Source: Chromatiales bacterium
GTDB taxonomy: Bacteria; Pseudomonadota; Gammaproteobacteria; SZUA-140
DNA length: 64,000 bases
Direction of reading: 5' to 3'
Assembly (NCBI GenBank): GCA_050486285.1
Contig: JBJHCZ010000004.1
Coordinates: forward strand, 88,196-152,195
The stretch's first letter is position 1, and each line of letters starts with the position of its first letter. Below the pieces are notes generated by a model. It made no database searches, was not told the origin of the DNA, and worked only from the letters and a program-made list of their open reading frames with translations. Below, piece by piece: positions 53,849 to 64,000 of the stretch. The position numbers and the translations under genes were made by a program.

Positions 53849-54970
53849 ATGATGCGTGTGAAGTCGCCAGCAGGCAGGGGAAGCGGATGGATCGCGCGCG
53901 GCCTGATCGTCGCGCTCGCGCTGTTCGGCTGCGCCCTGGTTGCGCAGGCCGATGAACTGTATGAATCCCAGGTCCCGGTGAGCGGCCAGCAGGACCGGGA
54001 ACGCACCCGCGCGCTGCGCGCCGCCTTCGAACAGGTCCTGCTCAAGGTCACCGGCCGGCGCGACAGCGCCCAGGCGCCGGCGATCGAGGCCGCGTTGCGC
54101 CAGCCGATGCGCTATGTCCAGCAGTTCCTTTACCTCCCGCTGCCCGACGACAAGACCGGCGAGCGCATGCGCGCGGACGGCCATCGCGAACTGCTGCGCG
54201 TTCGCTTCGACGTCAATGCCGTCAATCAACTGCTGCGCGAAGCCGGCCTGGCGCAATGGGGGCGCACGCGCCCGGTCACGCTGATGTGGCTCGCGGTCGA
54301 GGATCGCGGCGAGCGCTGGCTGCTCGGCGGCGATGCCCGCACCGACATGCGCGCGGCCGCGGAACGCGAGGCGCGCGCGCGCGGCATCCCGGTGTTGCTG
54401 CCGCTGATGGACCTCGAGGACCGCAGGGAACTGCATTTCACCGATGTCTGGGGCAACTTCCAGGATTCGCTGTTGCGCGCCTCGGAACGCTACCAGCCGG
54501 GCGCGGTGCTGGCTGGACGGCTGCTGCACGGAGCCGGCGGCGGCTGGAGCGCGCGCTGGTCGTTATATCATGACGGCAATGCCGATCACTGGTCGGCCGC
54601 TGCGGAGGACTGGGAAGGATTGCTCGCCGCCGGTATCAACGGCGCCGCAGACCTGCTCGCCGCCCGGCATGCGCGCATCATCAGCGCCGACGGCCGCCAG
54701 TCCATCGACCTCGTCGTCACCGATGTCCGCGGCATCGACGGATATGAGCGCGCGATGAAATATCTCGCCGGCCTCGATCCGGTCGAGCGCATCCAGGTGG
54801 TCGGCCTCGAGGCCGACCAGGTGCGCTTTCGGCTCGCCCTGAGCGGCGATCGCGAAACGCTCGTACGCCTGATCGGCTTCGGTTCCGCGCTGGTGCCGCA
54901 GCCGCCCGGACCGGGGCGGTCGCCGGACGGCGGCGGCAGCCAGGAGCTCAGCTATCGACTGCTGCCGTGA
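53849..54970 (+). CDS. DUF2066 domain protein (secreted)
   Basis: 373 aa with signal peptide; conserved position between purM and pgsA-like/AI-2E/hda cluster. Confidence 0.55.
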   Translation: MMRVKSPAGRGSGWIARGLIVALALFGCALVAQADELYESQVPVSGQQDRERTRALRAAFEQVLLKVTGRRDSAQAPAIEAALRQPMRYVQQFLYLPLPDDKTGERMRADGHRELLRVRFDVNAVNQLLREAGLAQWGRTRPVTLMWLAVEDRGERWLLGGDARTDMRAAAEREARARGIPVLLPLMDLEDRRELHFTDVWGNFQDSLLRASERYQPGAVLAGRLLHGAGGGWSARWSLYHDGNADHWSAAAEDWEGLLAAGINGAADLLAARHARIISADGRQSIDLVVTDVRGIDGYERAMKYLAGLDPVERIQVVGLEADQVRFRLALSGDRETLVRLIGFGSALVPQPPGPGRSPDGGGSQELSYRLLP

Positions 54971-55527
54971 CCCGCGCCGATATCCCCAACCTCATCAGCA
55001 TGGCGCGCGTCTTCCTGGTCCTGCCGACCGTGATGGCGCTGATGAACGAGCAGTTCCTGCTTGCGCTGCTGCTATACACGATCGCCGGCATCTCCGACGG
55101 ACTCGACGGCTATATCGCGAAGCGTTACCGGTGGACCAGCCGCCTCGGTTCGATACTCGACCCGCTGGCCGACAAGCTGCTGCTGGTCGGGACCTATGTC
55201 GCGCTGGCCTGGCTGGAGCTGATCCCCGTCTGGCTGACCGTCGCGGTGGTCGCCCGCGACCTGCTGATCCTCGCCGGCGCCGGGCTCTATCACCTGCTGA
55301 TCGGCAAGTACGAAATGGAGCCGACCCTGATCAGCAAGCTCAACACCGTCGCGCAGATCTCGCTCGGCCTGCTGACGGTGTTCTCCGCCGGCGTCATCGC
55401 CGTGCCGGAGGCCTTGCTGGACTGGCTGGTGCTGTTCGTGTTCGGCACCACGGTATTGAGCGGCTTCGACTACCTGTGGATCTGGAGCCGGCGCGCCTGG
55501 CGCGCCCGTTCGGAGAAGGCTTCATGA
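54967..55527 (+). CDS. CDP-alcohol phosphatidyltransferase family protein (PgsA-like)
   Basis: 186 aa; D-G-x2-A-R-x8-G-x3-D-x3-D motif (SDGLDGYIAKRYRWTSRLGSILDPLAD). Confidence 0.7.
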   Translation: MTRADIPNLISMARVFLVLPTVMALMNEQFLLALLLYTIAGISDGLDGYIAKRYRWTSRLGSILDPLADKLLLVGTYVALAWLELIPVWLTVAVVARDLLILAGAGLYHLLIGKYEMEPTLISKLNTVAQISLGLLTVFSAGVIAVPEALLDWLVLFVFGTTVLSGFDYLWIWSRRAWRARSEKAS

Positions 55528-55537
55528 GCATGCGCGC

Positions 55538-56617
55538 ATGAGCGGTACGCGGGGATGGTGGTGGTTGGCGATCGGCCTGGTTGCCGCGGCGCTGGTCTGG
55601 CTGCTGGCGCCGATCCTGACTCCGTTCGTCGCCGCCGCGCTGCTCGCCTATCTCGGCAACCCGCTGGTCGAGCGACTGGCGGCCTGGCGGCTGCCGCGCA
55701 CGCTTGCGGTCGTCATCGTGTTCAGCGCGATGTTCCTGCTGCTCGCGCTGGTGCCGGTGATCGCCTTTCCGCTGCTCGAACGCCAGGTCTCCGTGCTGGT
55801 GGCGCGCTGGCCCGAGTTCATTGACTGGCTGCAGCAGGCAGTAATCCCGTGGGTACACGCTCGACTCGGCCTGGAGGCGGGGACGCTCGACCTCGAAATC
55901 GTACGCCGGGCGCTGATCGATCACTGGCAGCAGGCCGGCGGGATCGCCGCCGGTCTGCTGTCGTCGATGACGCGTTCCTGGTTTGCGCTGCTCGGGTGGC
56001 TGTTCAATCTCGTGCTGATCCCGGTCGTGACCTTCTACCTGCTGCGCGACTGGCCGCGCCTGCTCGAGCGCGTCACGGCCCTGCTGCCGCGCCGGATCGA
56101 GACGGATGCGGTGCGGCTCGCGCGCGAATGCGACGGCGTACTCGCGACCTTCCTGCGTGGACAGCTGCTGGTCATGCTCGCGCTCGGCGTCATCTATTCG
56201 ATCGGCCTGTGGATCGCCGGCCTCGATCTCGCGCTGCTGATCGGCATGATTGCCGGACTGGTCAGCTTCGTACCCTATCTCGGCCTGATCGTCGGCCTCG
56301 CGATCGGCGCGATCGCGGCGCTGATGCAGTTCGGCGAACCGACGGCGTTGCTCGCGGTCGCCGCGGTCTTCGCGGTCGGCCAGCTGCTCGAGACCCTGGT
56401 GCTGACGCCGCTGCTGGTCGGCGACCGCGTCGGCCTGCATCCGGTCGCGGTGATCTTCGCGGTGCTCGCCGGCGGTCAGTTGTTCGGCGCGATCGGCGTG
56501 CTGCTCGCGCTGCCGGTCGCGGCGGTGCTGGTCGTGCTGCTGCGCGAACTGCATCGGCGCTATGTCGGCAGCGAACTCTACGATGACGCCCCGCCGCCCG
56601 GCGGCGGCACCGGCTGA
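55538..56617 (+). CDS. AI-2E family transporter (PerM/YhhT-like)
   Basis: 359 aa; 8 TM pattern typical of AI-2E/UPF0118. Confidence 0.8.
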   Translation: MSGTRGWWWLAIGLVAAALVWLLAPILTPFVAAALLAYLGNPLVERLAAWRLPRTLAVVIVFSAMFLLLALVPVIAFPLLERQVSVLVARWPEFIDWLQQAVIPWVHARLGLEAGTLDLEIVRRALIDHWQQAGGIAAGLLSSMTRSWFALLGWLFNLVLIPVVTFYLLRDWPRLLERVTALLPRRIETDAVRLARECDGVLATFLRGQLLVMLALGVIYSIGLWIAGLDLALLIGMIAGLVSFVPYLGLIVGLAIGAIAALMQFGEPTALLAVAAVFAVGQLLETLVLTPLLVGDRVGLHPVAVIFAVLAGGQLFGAIGVLLALPVAAVLVVLLRELHRRYVGSELYDDAPPPGGGTG

Positions 56618-56625
56618 GTCGCCGC

Positions 56626-57321
56626 ATGAGCCTCCAGTTGCCGCTCGGTATCGGGCTGCGCCCCGGCGCAACCTTCGACGGCTATGTCGCCGGCCCGAAC
56701 GCCGAGGCCGTCGCCAGCCTGCGCGCGCATGAGCGCGACGCGCGCAGCGTCTATCTGTGGGGCGGCCGCGGGACCGGCAAGTCCCACCTGTTGCAGGCGG
56801 CCTGTCATGAGGTCTCGTCGCGCGGCGATTCGGCGGTCTACCTGCCGCTGGCGCAGGCCGCCGACTTCACGCCGGAGATCCTCGAGGGCCTCGACGCGCT
56901 GGCGCTGATCTGCATCGATGACATCCATGCGATCGCCGGCGCGACCGAGTGGGAGCGGGGCCTGTTCCATCTGTACAACCGCGCACGTGAGCGCGGGCAT
57001 GCGCTGGCGATCGCCGGCGACCGCGCGCCGCGCGCCCTCGGCCTCGGGCTGCCGGATCTGGCGACGCGACTCGGTTGGGACCTGGTATTCCAGTTGCGCC
57101 CGCTGGACGACGCGGCGCTCGGCGAGGCCCTGCGCCTGCGCGCCGCGGCCCTCGGCCTGGAGCTCCCGGAAGAGGTCGCCGGCTGGCTGCTGCGTCGCTG
57201 CGAGCGCGATGCACCGGCCTTGTTTGCGCTGCTCGAACGGCTCGATCGCGCGTCGCTGTCGGCGCAGCGGCGGTTGACGATCCCGTTCGTCAGGGAACTT
57301 GTCGGAACGCCGGATGCCTGA
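56626..57321 (+). CDS. hda: DnaA regulatory inactivator Hda (DnaA-homologous AAA+ protein)
   Basis: 231 aa; Walker A GGRGTGKSHLLQA, DnaA domain III-like. Confidence 0.85.
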   Translation: MSLQLPLGIGLRPGATFDGYVAGPNAEAVASLRAHERDARSVYLWGGRGTGKSHLLQAACHEVSSRGDSAVYLPLAQAADFTPEILEGLDALALICIDDIHAIAGATEWERGLFHLYNRARERGHALAIAGDRAPRALGLGLPDLATRLGWDLVFQLRPLDDAALGEALRLRAAALGLELPEEVAGWLLRRCERDAPALFALLERLDRASLSAQRRLTIPFVRELVGTPDA

Positions 57322-57339
57322 ACGACAGGGGCCGTTCAG
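57318..57339. terminator. 7-bp stem / 8-nt loop hairpin overlapping convergent hda and tesA stop codons (putative bidirectional terminator)
   Basis: CTGAACG-acaggggc-CGTTCAG read directly. Confidence 0.4.
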
Positions 57340-57941
57340 CGCAGCATCGGTTCCAGCGCCGGCCACACATTGTCGAGGATCAGCGCCTGCGCCTCGGCAT
57401 TCGGGTGGAGGCGGTCATCGAGAAAGTGCGAGTTGTCGTGGTCGAGGCCATCCAGCAGGAACGGCACGAGCGCCGTGTCGTGCGTCTCGGCGAGTGCCGC
57501 GAAGATTCGCGCGAAGCCGCGCGTATAGACGGGTCCGTAGTTCGGCGGCAGCTGCATGCCGGCGATCAGGACGGCGGCGTTGCGCGCCTGGATGCGGGTG
57601 ACGATCGCGGCGAGATTGCGTTCGATGGCAGTGAGCGGGAGTCCGCGCAGGCCGTCGTTGGCGCCGAGTTCGACGATGACGATCGCGGGGCGGTGACGCT
57701 CGAGCGCGGCATCGATGCGGGACAGGCCGCCACTGGTGGTTTCGCCGCTGACGCTGAGGTTGACGACGCGATGCGGAAAGCCGTCGCGATCGAGGCGTCG
57801 CTGCATCAGTTGCACCCAGCTTTCGTTTTGATCGATGCCGTAGGCGGCGCTTAAACTGTCGCCGAGCACCATGATCACCGGCGCGGCGAAGGCCGCGCCC
57901 GGGGTCGCCAGACAGAGTATCAGCAGGAGTCTTTTCAGCAT
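57336..57941 (-). CDS. tesA: SGNH/GDSL arylesterase - acyl-CoA thioesterase I
   Basis: Start [19 protein letters not shown] (signal peptide) inside longer ORF; GDSLS catalytic block, colinear with TesA. Confidence 0.85.
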   Translation of the reverse strand: MLKRLLLILCLATPGAAFAAPVIMVLGDSLSAAYGIDQNESWVQLMQRRLDRDGFPHRVVNLSVSGETTSGGLSRIDAALERHRPAIVIVELGANDGLRGLPLTAIERNLAAIVTRIQARNAAVLIAGMQLPPNYGPVYTRGFARIFAALAETHDTALVPFLLDGLDHDNSHFLDDRLHPNAEAQALILDNVWPALEPMLR

Positions 57942-58629
57942 GTCCAATCCGGTCAACCGGCCCGTCATCGAGGTGGAAAGTCTGTGCAAGCACGTCAGGA
58001 GTCCCGAAGGCCGGCTCGATCTCCTGCGCGACATAGAGTTTAACATCCTCGCGGGGGAGGCCGTCGCGATCCTCGGCGCCTCGGGCTCGGGCAAGACCAC
58101 GCTGCTCGGCCTGCTCGCCGGGCTCGACACGCCGAGTTCGGGCCGCGTGAGGCTGGACGGCGTCGATATCTTCGCGCTCGACGAGGACGGCCGCGCCGAC
58201 CTGCGCCGCGACATGATCGGCTTCGTGTTCCAGTCGTTCCAGCTGCTGCCGAACCTGACCGCGATCGAGAATGTCATGCTGCCGCTCGAGCTGACCGGCC
58301 GGCGCGATGCCCGCGCGGCCGCCGATGAAGTACTCGGGCGGGTCGGCCTCGACCATCGTCTGCATCATTATCCCCGTCACCTGTCGGGCGGCGAGCAGCA
58401 GCGCGTCGCGATCGCGCGCGCCTTCGTGACCGGGCCGCGCCTGCTGTTCGCCGACGAGCCGACCGGCAATCTCGACCAGGCGACCGGCGAGCGCATCATC
58501 GAACTGCTGTTTGCGATGAATCACGAGCATGCAACGACGCTGATCATGGTGACCCATGACGAATCGGTTGCGCGCCGCTGCTCGCGGCGGCTGACGATCG
58601 AGGCCGGGCGGCTGGGCGGGATTGCCTGA
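57940..58629 (+). CDS. ybbA: ABC transporter ATP-binding protein (YbbA/LolD-like)
   Basis: Internal start [15 protein letters not shown]...; Walker [24 protein letters not shown]; divergent from tesA as in E. coli. Confidence 0.85.
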   Translation: MSNPVNRPVIEVESLCKHVRSPEGRLDLLRDIEFNILAGEAVAILGASGSGKTTLLGLLAGLDTPSSGRVRLDGVDIFALDEDGRADLRRDMIGFVFQSFQLLPNLTAIENVMLPLELTGRRDARAAADEVLGRVGLDHRLHHYPRHLSGGEQQRVAIARAFVTGPRLLFADEPTGNLDQATGERIIELLFAMNHEHATTLIMVTHDESVARRCSRRLTIEAGRLGGIA

Positions 58630-61118
58630 TGGCCGTGGCGCTGTCGCTGCGCATGCTGGCGCGCGACTGGCGCGCCGGCGAGCTGCGGGTACTCGCGGTC
58701 GCGCTGGTGGTGGCGGTCGCTGCCGCGACCTCGGTCGCGTTCTTCACCGACCGTATCCGCATCGCGCTGGAGCGCCAGGCCATCGAACTGCTTGGCGCCG
58801 ATGTCGTCATCACCAGCGATCGCCGGCTCAGCGCGACGGTCGAGGGTGTAGTCACCGGTGATTTGCAGCGTGCGCGGACAGTCGAGTTTCCGAGCATGGC
58901 GGTGTCGGCGGCCGAAAGCAGCCTGGTCGCGATCAAGGCGGTCAGCGATGGCTATCCGCTGCGCGGAACACTGCGTATCAGTCTTGAGCCGTTCGCCCCC
59001 GATGGGGTCGCCGACGGCGTGCCGGCGCCCGGCGAGGTCTGGATAGAATCTCGTCTGCTCGGCCTGCTCGGCGTCGCGATCGGCGACGATCTTCAACTCG
59101 GCGAGGCGCGTTTGCGGGTCGGCGCGATCCTGACCGGCGAGCCGGTGACCGATGGCGGCCTGCTGTTCAGCATCGCGCCGCGGGTGATGATGAACATCGC
59201 CGATCTCGACGCCACCGGGCTGATCCAGCCGGCGAGCCGGGTGCGCTATCGCTGGCTGTTCGCCGGCGAGCCGGCCGCGATCGACCGCTTTCGCGCGGCG
59301 GCGGCCGCGAATCTCGCCGAGGGCGAGCGCATCGCCGATCTCGAGGACGCGCAGCCGCAGGTGCGCGAGGCGCTGGCGAGGGCGCGCAGTTTTCTCGGCC
59401 TCGCCGCGCTGGTCAGCGTCCTGCTCGCCGGCGTCGCGGTCGCGATGTCGACGCGGCGGTTCATCGCGCGTCATCTCGACGGCTGCGCCGTGATGCGTTG
59501 CCTCGGCGCGCGCCAGTCGCGCATCCTCGGCCTCTATGCGCTGCAATTGTTGTGGCTGGGACTGATCGCCGCGGCTGCCGGTTGCGCGCTCGGCTGGGTC
59601 GCCCAGTTCGGCATCGAACGCCTGCTCGGCGAGCTGGTGCAGATGTCGCTGCCGCCGCCGTCGATGCGTCCGCTGGTGCTCGGCCTCGCGACCGCGCTGG
59701 TGACGCTGCTCGGCTTCGCGCTGCCGCCGCTGCTGCACCTGCGCAATGTGCCTGCGATGCGGGTCATGCGTCGCGAGCTCGGTGCGATGTCCGGCGCCGG
59801 CGTGCTCGTCTACGCCTGCGGCGCCGCGGCGATGACCCTGCTGATCCTTTGGCACAGCGGGGATCCGCGGCTGGCGCTGTCGATCATGGTCGGCACGCTG
59901 GCCTCGCTCGGCGCCTTCGCGCTGGCGACTGCGGGACTGATCCTGCTGTTGCGGCGCCTGCGGCCGGCGCTCGGCGCGCGCTGGCGCTTCGGCGTGCTGA
60001 GCCTGACCCGGCGTCCGGGCACTGCGACGATCCAGGTCATGGCCTTCGGCCTCGGCATCACCGTACTGCTGCTCCTGCTGGTCGTGCGCAATGACATGCT
60101 CGCGGCCTGGGAGAGCAGCCTGCCGCCGGACGCGCCGAACCGCTTCCTGATCAATATCCAGCCGGACCAGGTCGATGCGCTCGAGGACTTCTTCGCAGCG
60201 CGCGACGGTCGCGTGCCCGCGGTCTATCCGATGGTGCGCGGACGCCTGGTCGGCAAGGAAGGGCTACGCATCGCGCCCGAGGACTATGACGACGACCGCG
60301 CGCAGCGCCTGGTCCGGCGCGAGTTCAACCTGTCGTGGGCCGAACGGATGCAGGAGGACAACCGCATCGTCGCCGGCGAGTGGTGGACGCCGGATCAGTA
60401 TGGCGAAGCCGTCGTCTCGGTCGAGAGCGGGCTTGCCGAGACGCTCGGCATCCGTCTCGGCGACCGCCTGGTCTTCGACATCGGCGGCAGCGAGGTCGCG
60501 GTCGAGGTGACCAGCCTGCGCGACGTCGAATGGGACAGTTTTCGCGCCAACTTCTTCGTGCTCGCGCCCCCCGGCGTGTTCGACGTCCATCCGGCCCAGT
60601 ACATCAGCAGCCTGTATGTACCGCCGGGGCAGCATGAGATCCTGAACGAACTGGTCAGGGCCTTTCCGAACGTCACCGTCATCGACATCGCGGCGATCAT
60701 GGCGCAGGTGCGACTGATCATGGAGCGGGTCGCGACCGCGGTCGAATATGTCTTCCTGTTCACGCTGCTGTCGGGCCTGCTGGTGATGTACGCGGCGATC
60801 CATGCGACGCTGGACGAGCGCATCCGCGAGACGGTATTGCTGCGCACGCTCGGCGCGGCGCGGGCGCAACTGATGCGCGGCCTGGTCGCCGAGTTCGCGA
60901 CCCTCGGCCTGCTCGCCGGCCTGGTCGCCGCGGCGACCGCGAGCGTACTCGGCTGGTGGCTGTCGACGCGCATCTTCCAGCTCGACTACGTCATGAATCC
61001 TGCCCTGTGGCTGGTCGGTATCGTGGTCGGGGCGGTGGGGGTCGGCGCCGCCGGCGTGCTCGGCACGCGATTCATCCTGCGCACGCCGCCGATCACGGCC
61101 CTGCGCGAAGCGCTGTAG
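58629..61118 (+). CDS. ybbP: ABC transporter permease with two FtsX-like domains (YbbP-like)
   Basis: 829 aa; duplicated FtsX permease modules; ATG overlaps ybbA stop. Confidence 0.85.
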   Translation: MAVALSLRMLARDWRAGELRVLAVALVVAVAAATSVAFFTDRIRIALERQAIELLGADVVITSDRRLSATVEGVVTGDLQRARTVEFPSMAVSAAESSLVAIKAVSDGYPLRGTLRISLEPFAPDGVADGVPAPGEVWIESRLLGLLGVAIGDDLQLGEARLRVGAILTGEPVTDGGLLFSIAPRVMMNIADLDATGLIQPASRVRYRWLFAGEPAAIDRFRAAAAANLAEGERIADLEDAQPQVREALARARSFLGLAALVSVLLAGVAVAMSTRRFIARHLDGCAVMRCLGARQSRILGLYALQLLWLGLIAAAAGCALGWVAQFGIERLLGELVQMSLPPPSMRPLVLGLATALVTLLGFALPPLLHLRNVPAMRVMRRELGAMSGAGVLVYACGAAAMTLLILWHSGDPRLALSIMVGTLASLGAFALATAGLILLLRRLRPALGARWRFGVLSLTRRPGTATIQVMAFGLGITVLLLLLVVRNDMLAAWESSLPPDAPNRFLINIQPDQVDALEDFFAARDGRVPAVYPMVRGRLVGKEGLRIAPEDYDDDRAQRLVRREFNLSWAERMQEDNRIVAGEWWTPDQYGEAVVSVESGLAETLGIRLGDRLVFDIGGSEVAVEVTSLRDVEWDSFRANFFVLAPPGVFDVHPAQYISSLYVPPGQHEILNELVRAFPNVTVIDIAAIMAQVRLIMERVATAVEYVFLFTLLSGLLVMYAAIHATLDERIRETVLLRTLGAARAQLMRGLVAEFATLGLLAGLVAAATASVLGWWLSTRIFQLDYVMNPALWLVGIVVGAVGVGAAGVLGTRFILRTPPITALREAL

Positions 61119-61168
61119 GCGGCGTTTTCCGCTGGATGATGCGCTCGCGCTGGATTACACTAACCGGC

Positions 61169-61879
61169 ATGCGCGATCACCTTCGCCTTCGTTTCCTGGT
61201 GTGCCTGCTTGTCGCGCTGGCGCTGCTGACGGCGGCATCGGCGACGACGGCCCGCGACTGGGCCGACAAGCCCTGGCTGACAAAGGCGCAACCGCTGCCG
61301 GGCGAGGGCCGCACGATCAGCCTTTCCACCGCGTACGGCACCCGTTTCACCGCCTATCTCAACGGTCCCGAGGACGCCGCCGCCGGGGTCCTGCTGATCC
61401 ATGATCGCTGGGGCATCAACCGTCACGTCACTGCCTGGGCCGATCGCCTCGCCGCCGAGGGCTACCGGGTGCTCGCGGTCGACCTCTACGACGGCCGCGA
61501 GGTGCAGCGCGAGGGCATGGGCGACTTCGTCTGGCGTCAGATCGACCCGGTCTGGATCGAGGCGAACCTCGACGCAGCGGTCCGTTTTTTCGGCGGGCAG
61601 CGGCTGGCGGTGTCGGCCTGGGGCAAGGGCATCGAGGCCGCGGTCGAGCTGGTGCAGCGCCGCGGTAATGACATCGATGCGCTGGCCCTCTATCCCGATC
61701 CGTCGATGCAGGCCTATGTCGACGGTCTGCCGTGGCTGCCGGCCGCGGTGTTCCGGCACCCGGTACCGCGCAGTCCGGTGCACCTGAGGGGCGACCGCGC
61801 CACCGCGGGCGTCGCCGACGAGGCCATCGGCGCGACCCTCGCCTTCCTGTCCGGCCGCCAGGGCGCCACGCGCCGCTGA
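61169..61879 (+). CDS. dienelactone hydrolase family protein (secreted alpha/beta hydrolase)
   Basis: Start MRDHLRL... with signal peptide; DLH-like (VLLIHDRWGIN...YRVLAVDLY). Confidence 0.65.
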   Translation: MRDHLRLRFLVCLLVALALLTAASATTARDWADKPWLTKAQPLPGEGRTISLSTAYGTRFTAYLNGPEDAAAGVLLIHDRWGINRHVTAWADRLAAEGYRVLAVDLYDGREVQREGMGDFVWRQIDPVWIEANLDAAVRFFGGQRLAVSAWGKGIEAAVELVQRRGNDIDALALYPDPSMQAYVDGLPWLPAAVFRHPVPRSPVHLRGDRATAGVADEAIGATLAFLSGRQGATRR

Positions 61880-62079
61880 GGTTCCTTGCCTGTCCCTCGT
61901 TGACTGCGGCGTCTTGTTCATACAGCCGCGGGCATCGCCTTCGGACCAGAATTCCCACAGCTTTCAGTCGCTTCCCCTATCTTTCGAGACCCGAAATAAT
62001 TACAATGTCCGTTTCCTTCGAATTCGGGTGACTGTTCGCGCGGCGGGCAGGGCATCCTGCTGAACAGGGGTCATCGGGC

Positions 62080-63774
<1,695 letters not shown>

Positions 63775-63776
63775 CC

Positions 63777-64000
63777 ATGCGACATATCATCTCGATATTG
63801 ATGGAAAACGAGGCCGGGGCGCTGTCGCGCGTCGCCGGGCTGTTCTCGGCGCGCGGCTACAACATCGAGTCGCTGACCGTCGCGCCGACCGAGGATCCGA
63901 CGATCTCGCGCATGACGCTGGTGACGCGGGGCTCGGAGGAGATCATCGAGCAGATCACCAAGCAGCTGAACAAGCTGATCGACGTGATCAAACTGCTCGA
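63777..64000 (+). CDS. ilvH: acetolactate synthase small (regulatory) subunit, N-terminal ACT domain; truncated by window end
   Basis: [50 protein letters not shown]... classic IlvH N-terminus. Confidence 0.85.
   Translation, partial: MRHIISILMENEAGALSRVAGLFSARGYNIESLTVAPTEDPTISRMTLVTRGSEEIIEQITKQLNKLIDVIKLL

Noticed and set aside
61966-62031. Mini-ORF MSVSFEFG upstream of ilvI as a possible attenuator leader peptide
   Set aside because: Not enriched in branched-chain residues and no obvious alternative terminator/antiterminator hairpins seen; insufficient support.

Overview
This 64-kb window reads as a high-GC gammaproteobacterial chromosome segment and is almost entirely coding. Most of it is conserved housekeeping genes; the unusual feature is a low-GC stress island flanked by IS91-family end fragments. 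All calls are from reading the translations and sequence by eye; no searches were run.

Housekeeping content, in order:
- Arginine biosynthesis genes argF, argD and argG.
- sodB, grxD and rnt.
- A sigma-54 activator divergent from a sulfate-uptake locus: DUF2292, a porin, sbp-cysTWA, followed by the chromate exporter chrA.
- pyrC, an M17 aminopeptidase, and an alpha/beta-type E1 (pdhAB) followed by a single 1045-aa ORF that fuses E2 (two lipoyl domains, E3-binding domain, acyltransferase core) to an E3 flavoprotein.
- gloA, a vapBC toxin-antitoxin pair, and metA preceded by an unknown P-loop protein.
- metG-rnfABCDGE-nth, apbC, dcd, purN and purM, a DUF2066/pgsA-like/AI-2E/hda cluster, tesA-ybbA-ybbP and ilvIH.

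The most striking feature is a lower-GC block of about 8.9 kb (16172-24996) bracketed by two directly repeated 3-prime fragments of IS91-family (rolling-circle) elements. Each fragment ends in an oriIS-like terminal sequence (...GGGTGTTTATTCTTCCTTATAC). The block carries a coherent general, osmotic and envelope stress module: a flavodoxin-like NAD(P)H oxidoreductase, an LtaS/OpgB-like sulfatase-fold transferase with DgkA, a pirin-like protein, DUF3309, a DUF4398 lipoprotein with an OmpA-like protein, OsmY/BON, CsbD, a PRC-barrel protein and YqjD/ElaB-YqjE-YqjK.

Other points worth a second look:
- The E2-E3 fusion itself.
- Two long perfect inverted repeats (31-bp and 35-bp stems) flanking dcd.
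- An orphan HyuB-type hydantoinase/oxoprolinase.
- The uncharacterised P-loop gene operonic with metA.
- Divergent tesA and ybbA start codons that overlap.

No rRNA, tRNA or CRISPR array was recognised.
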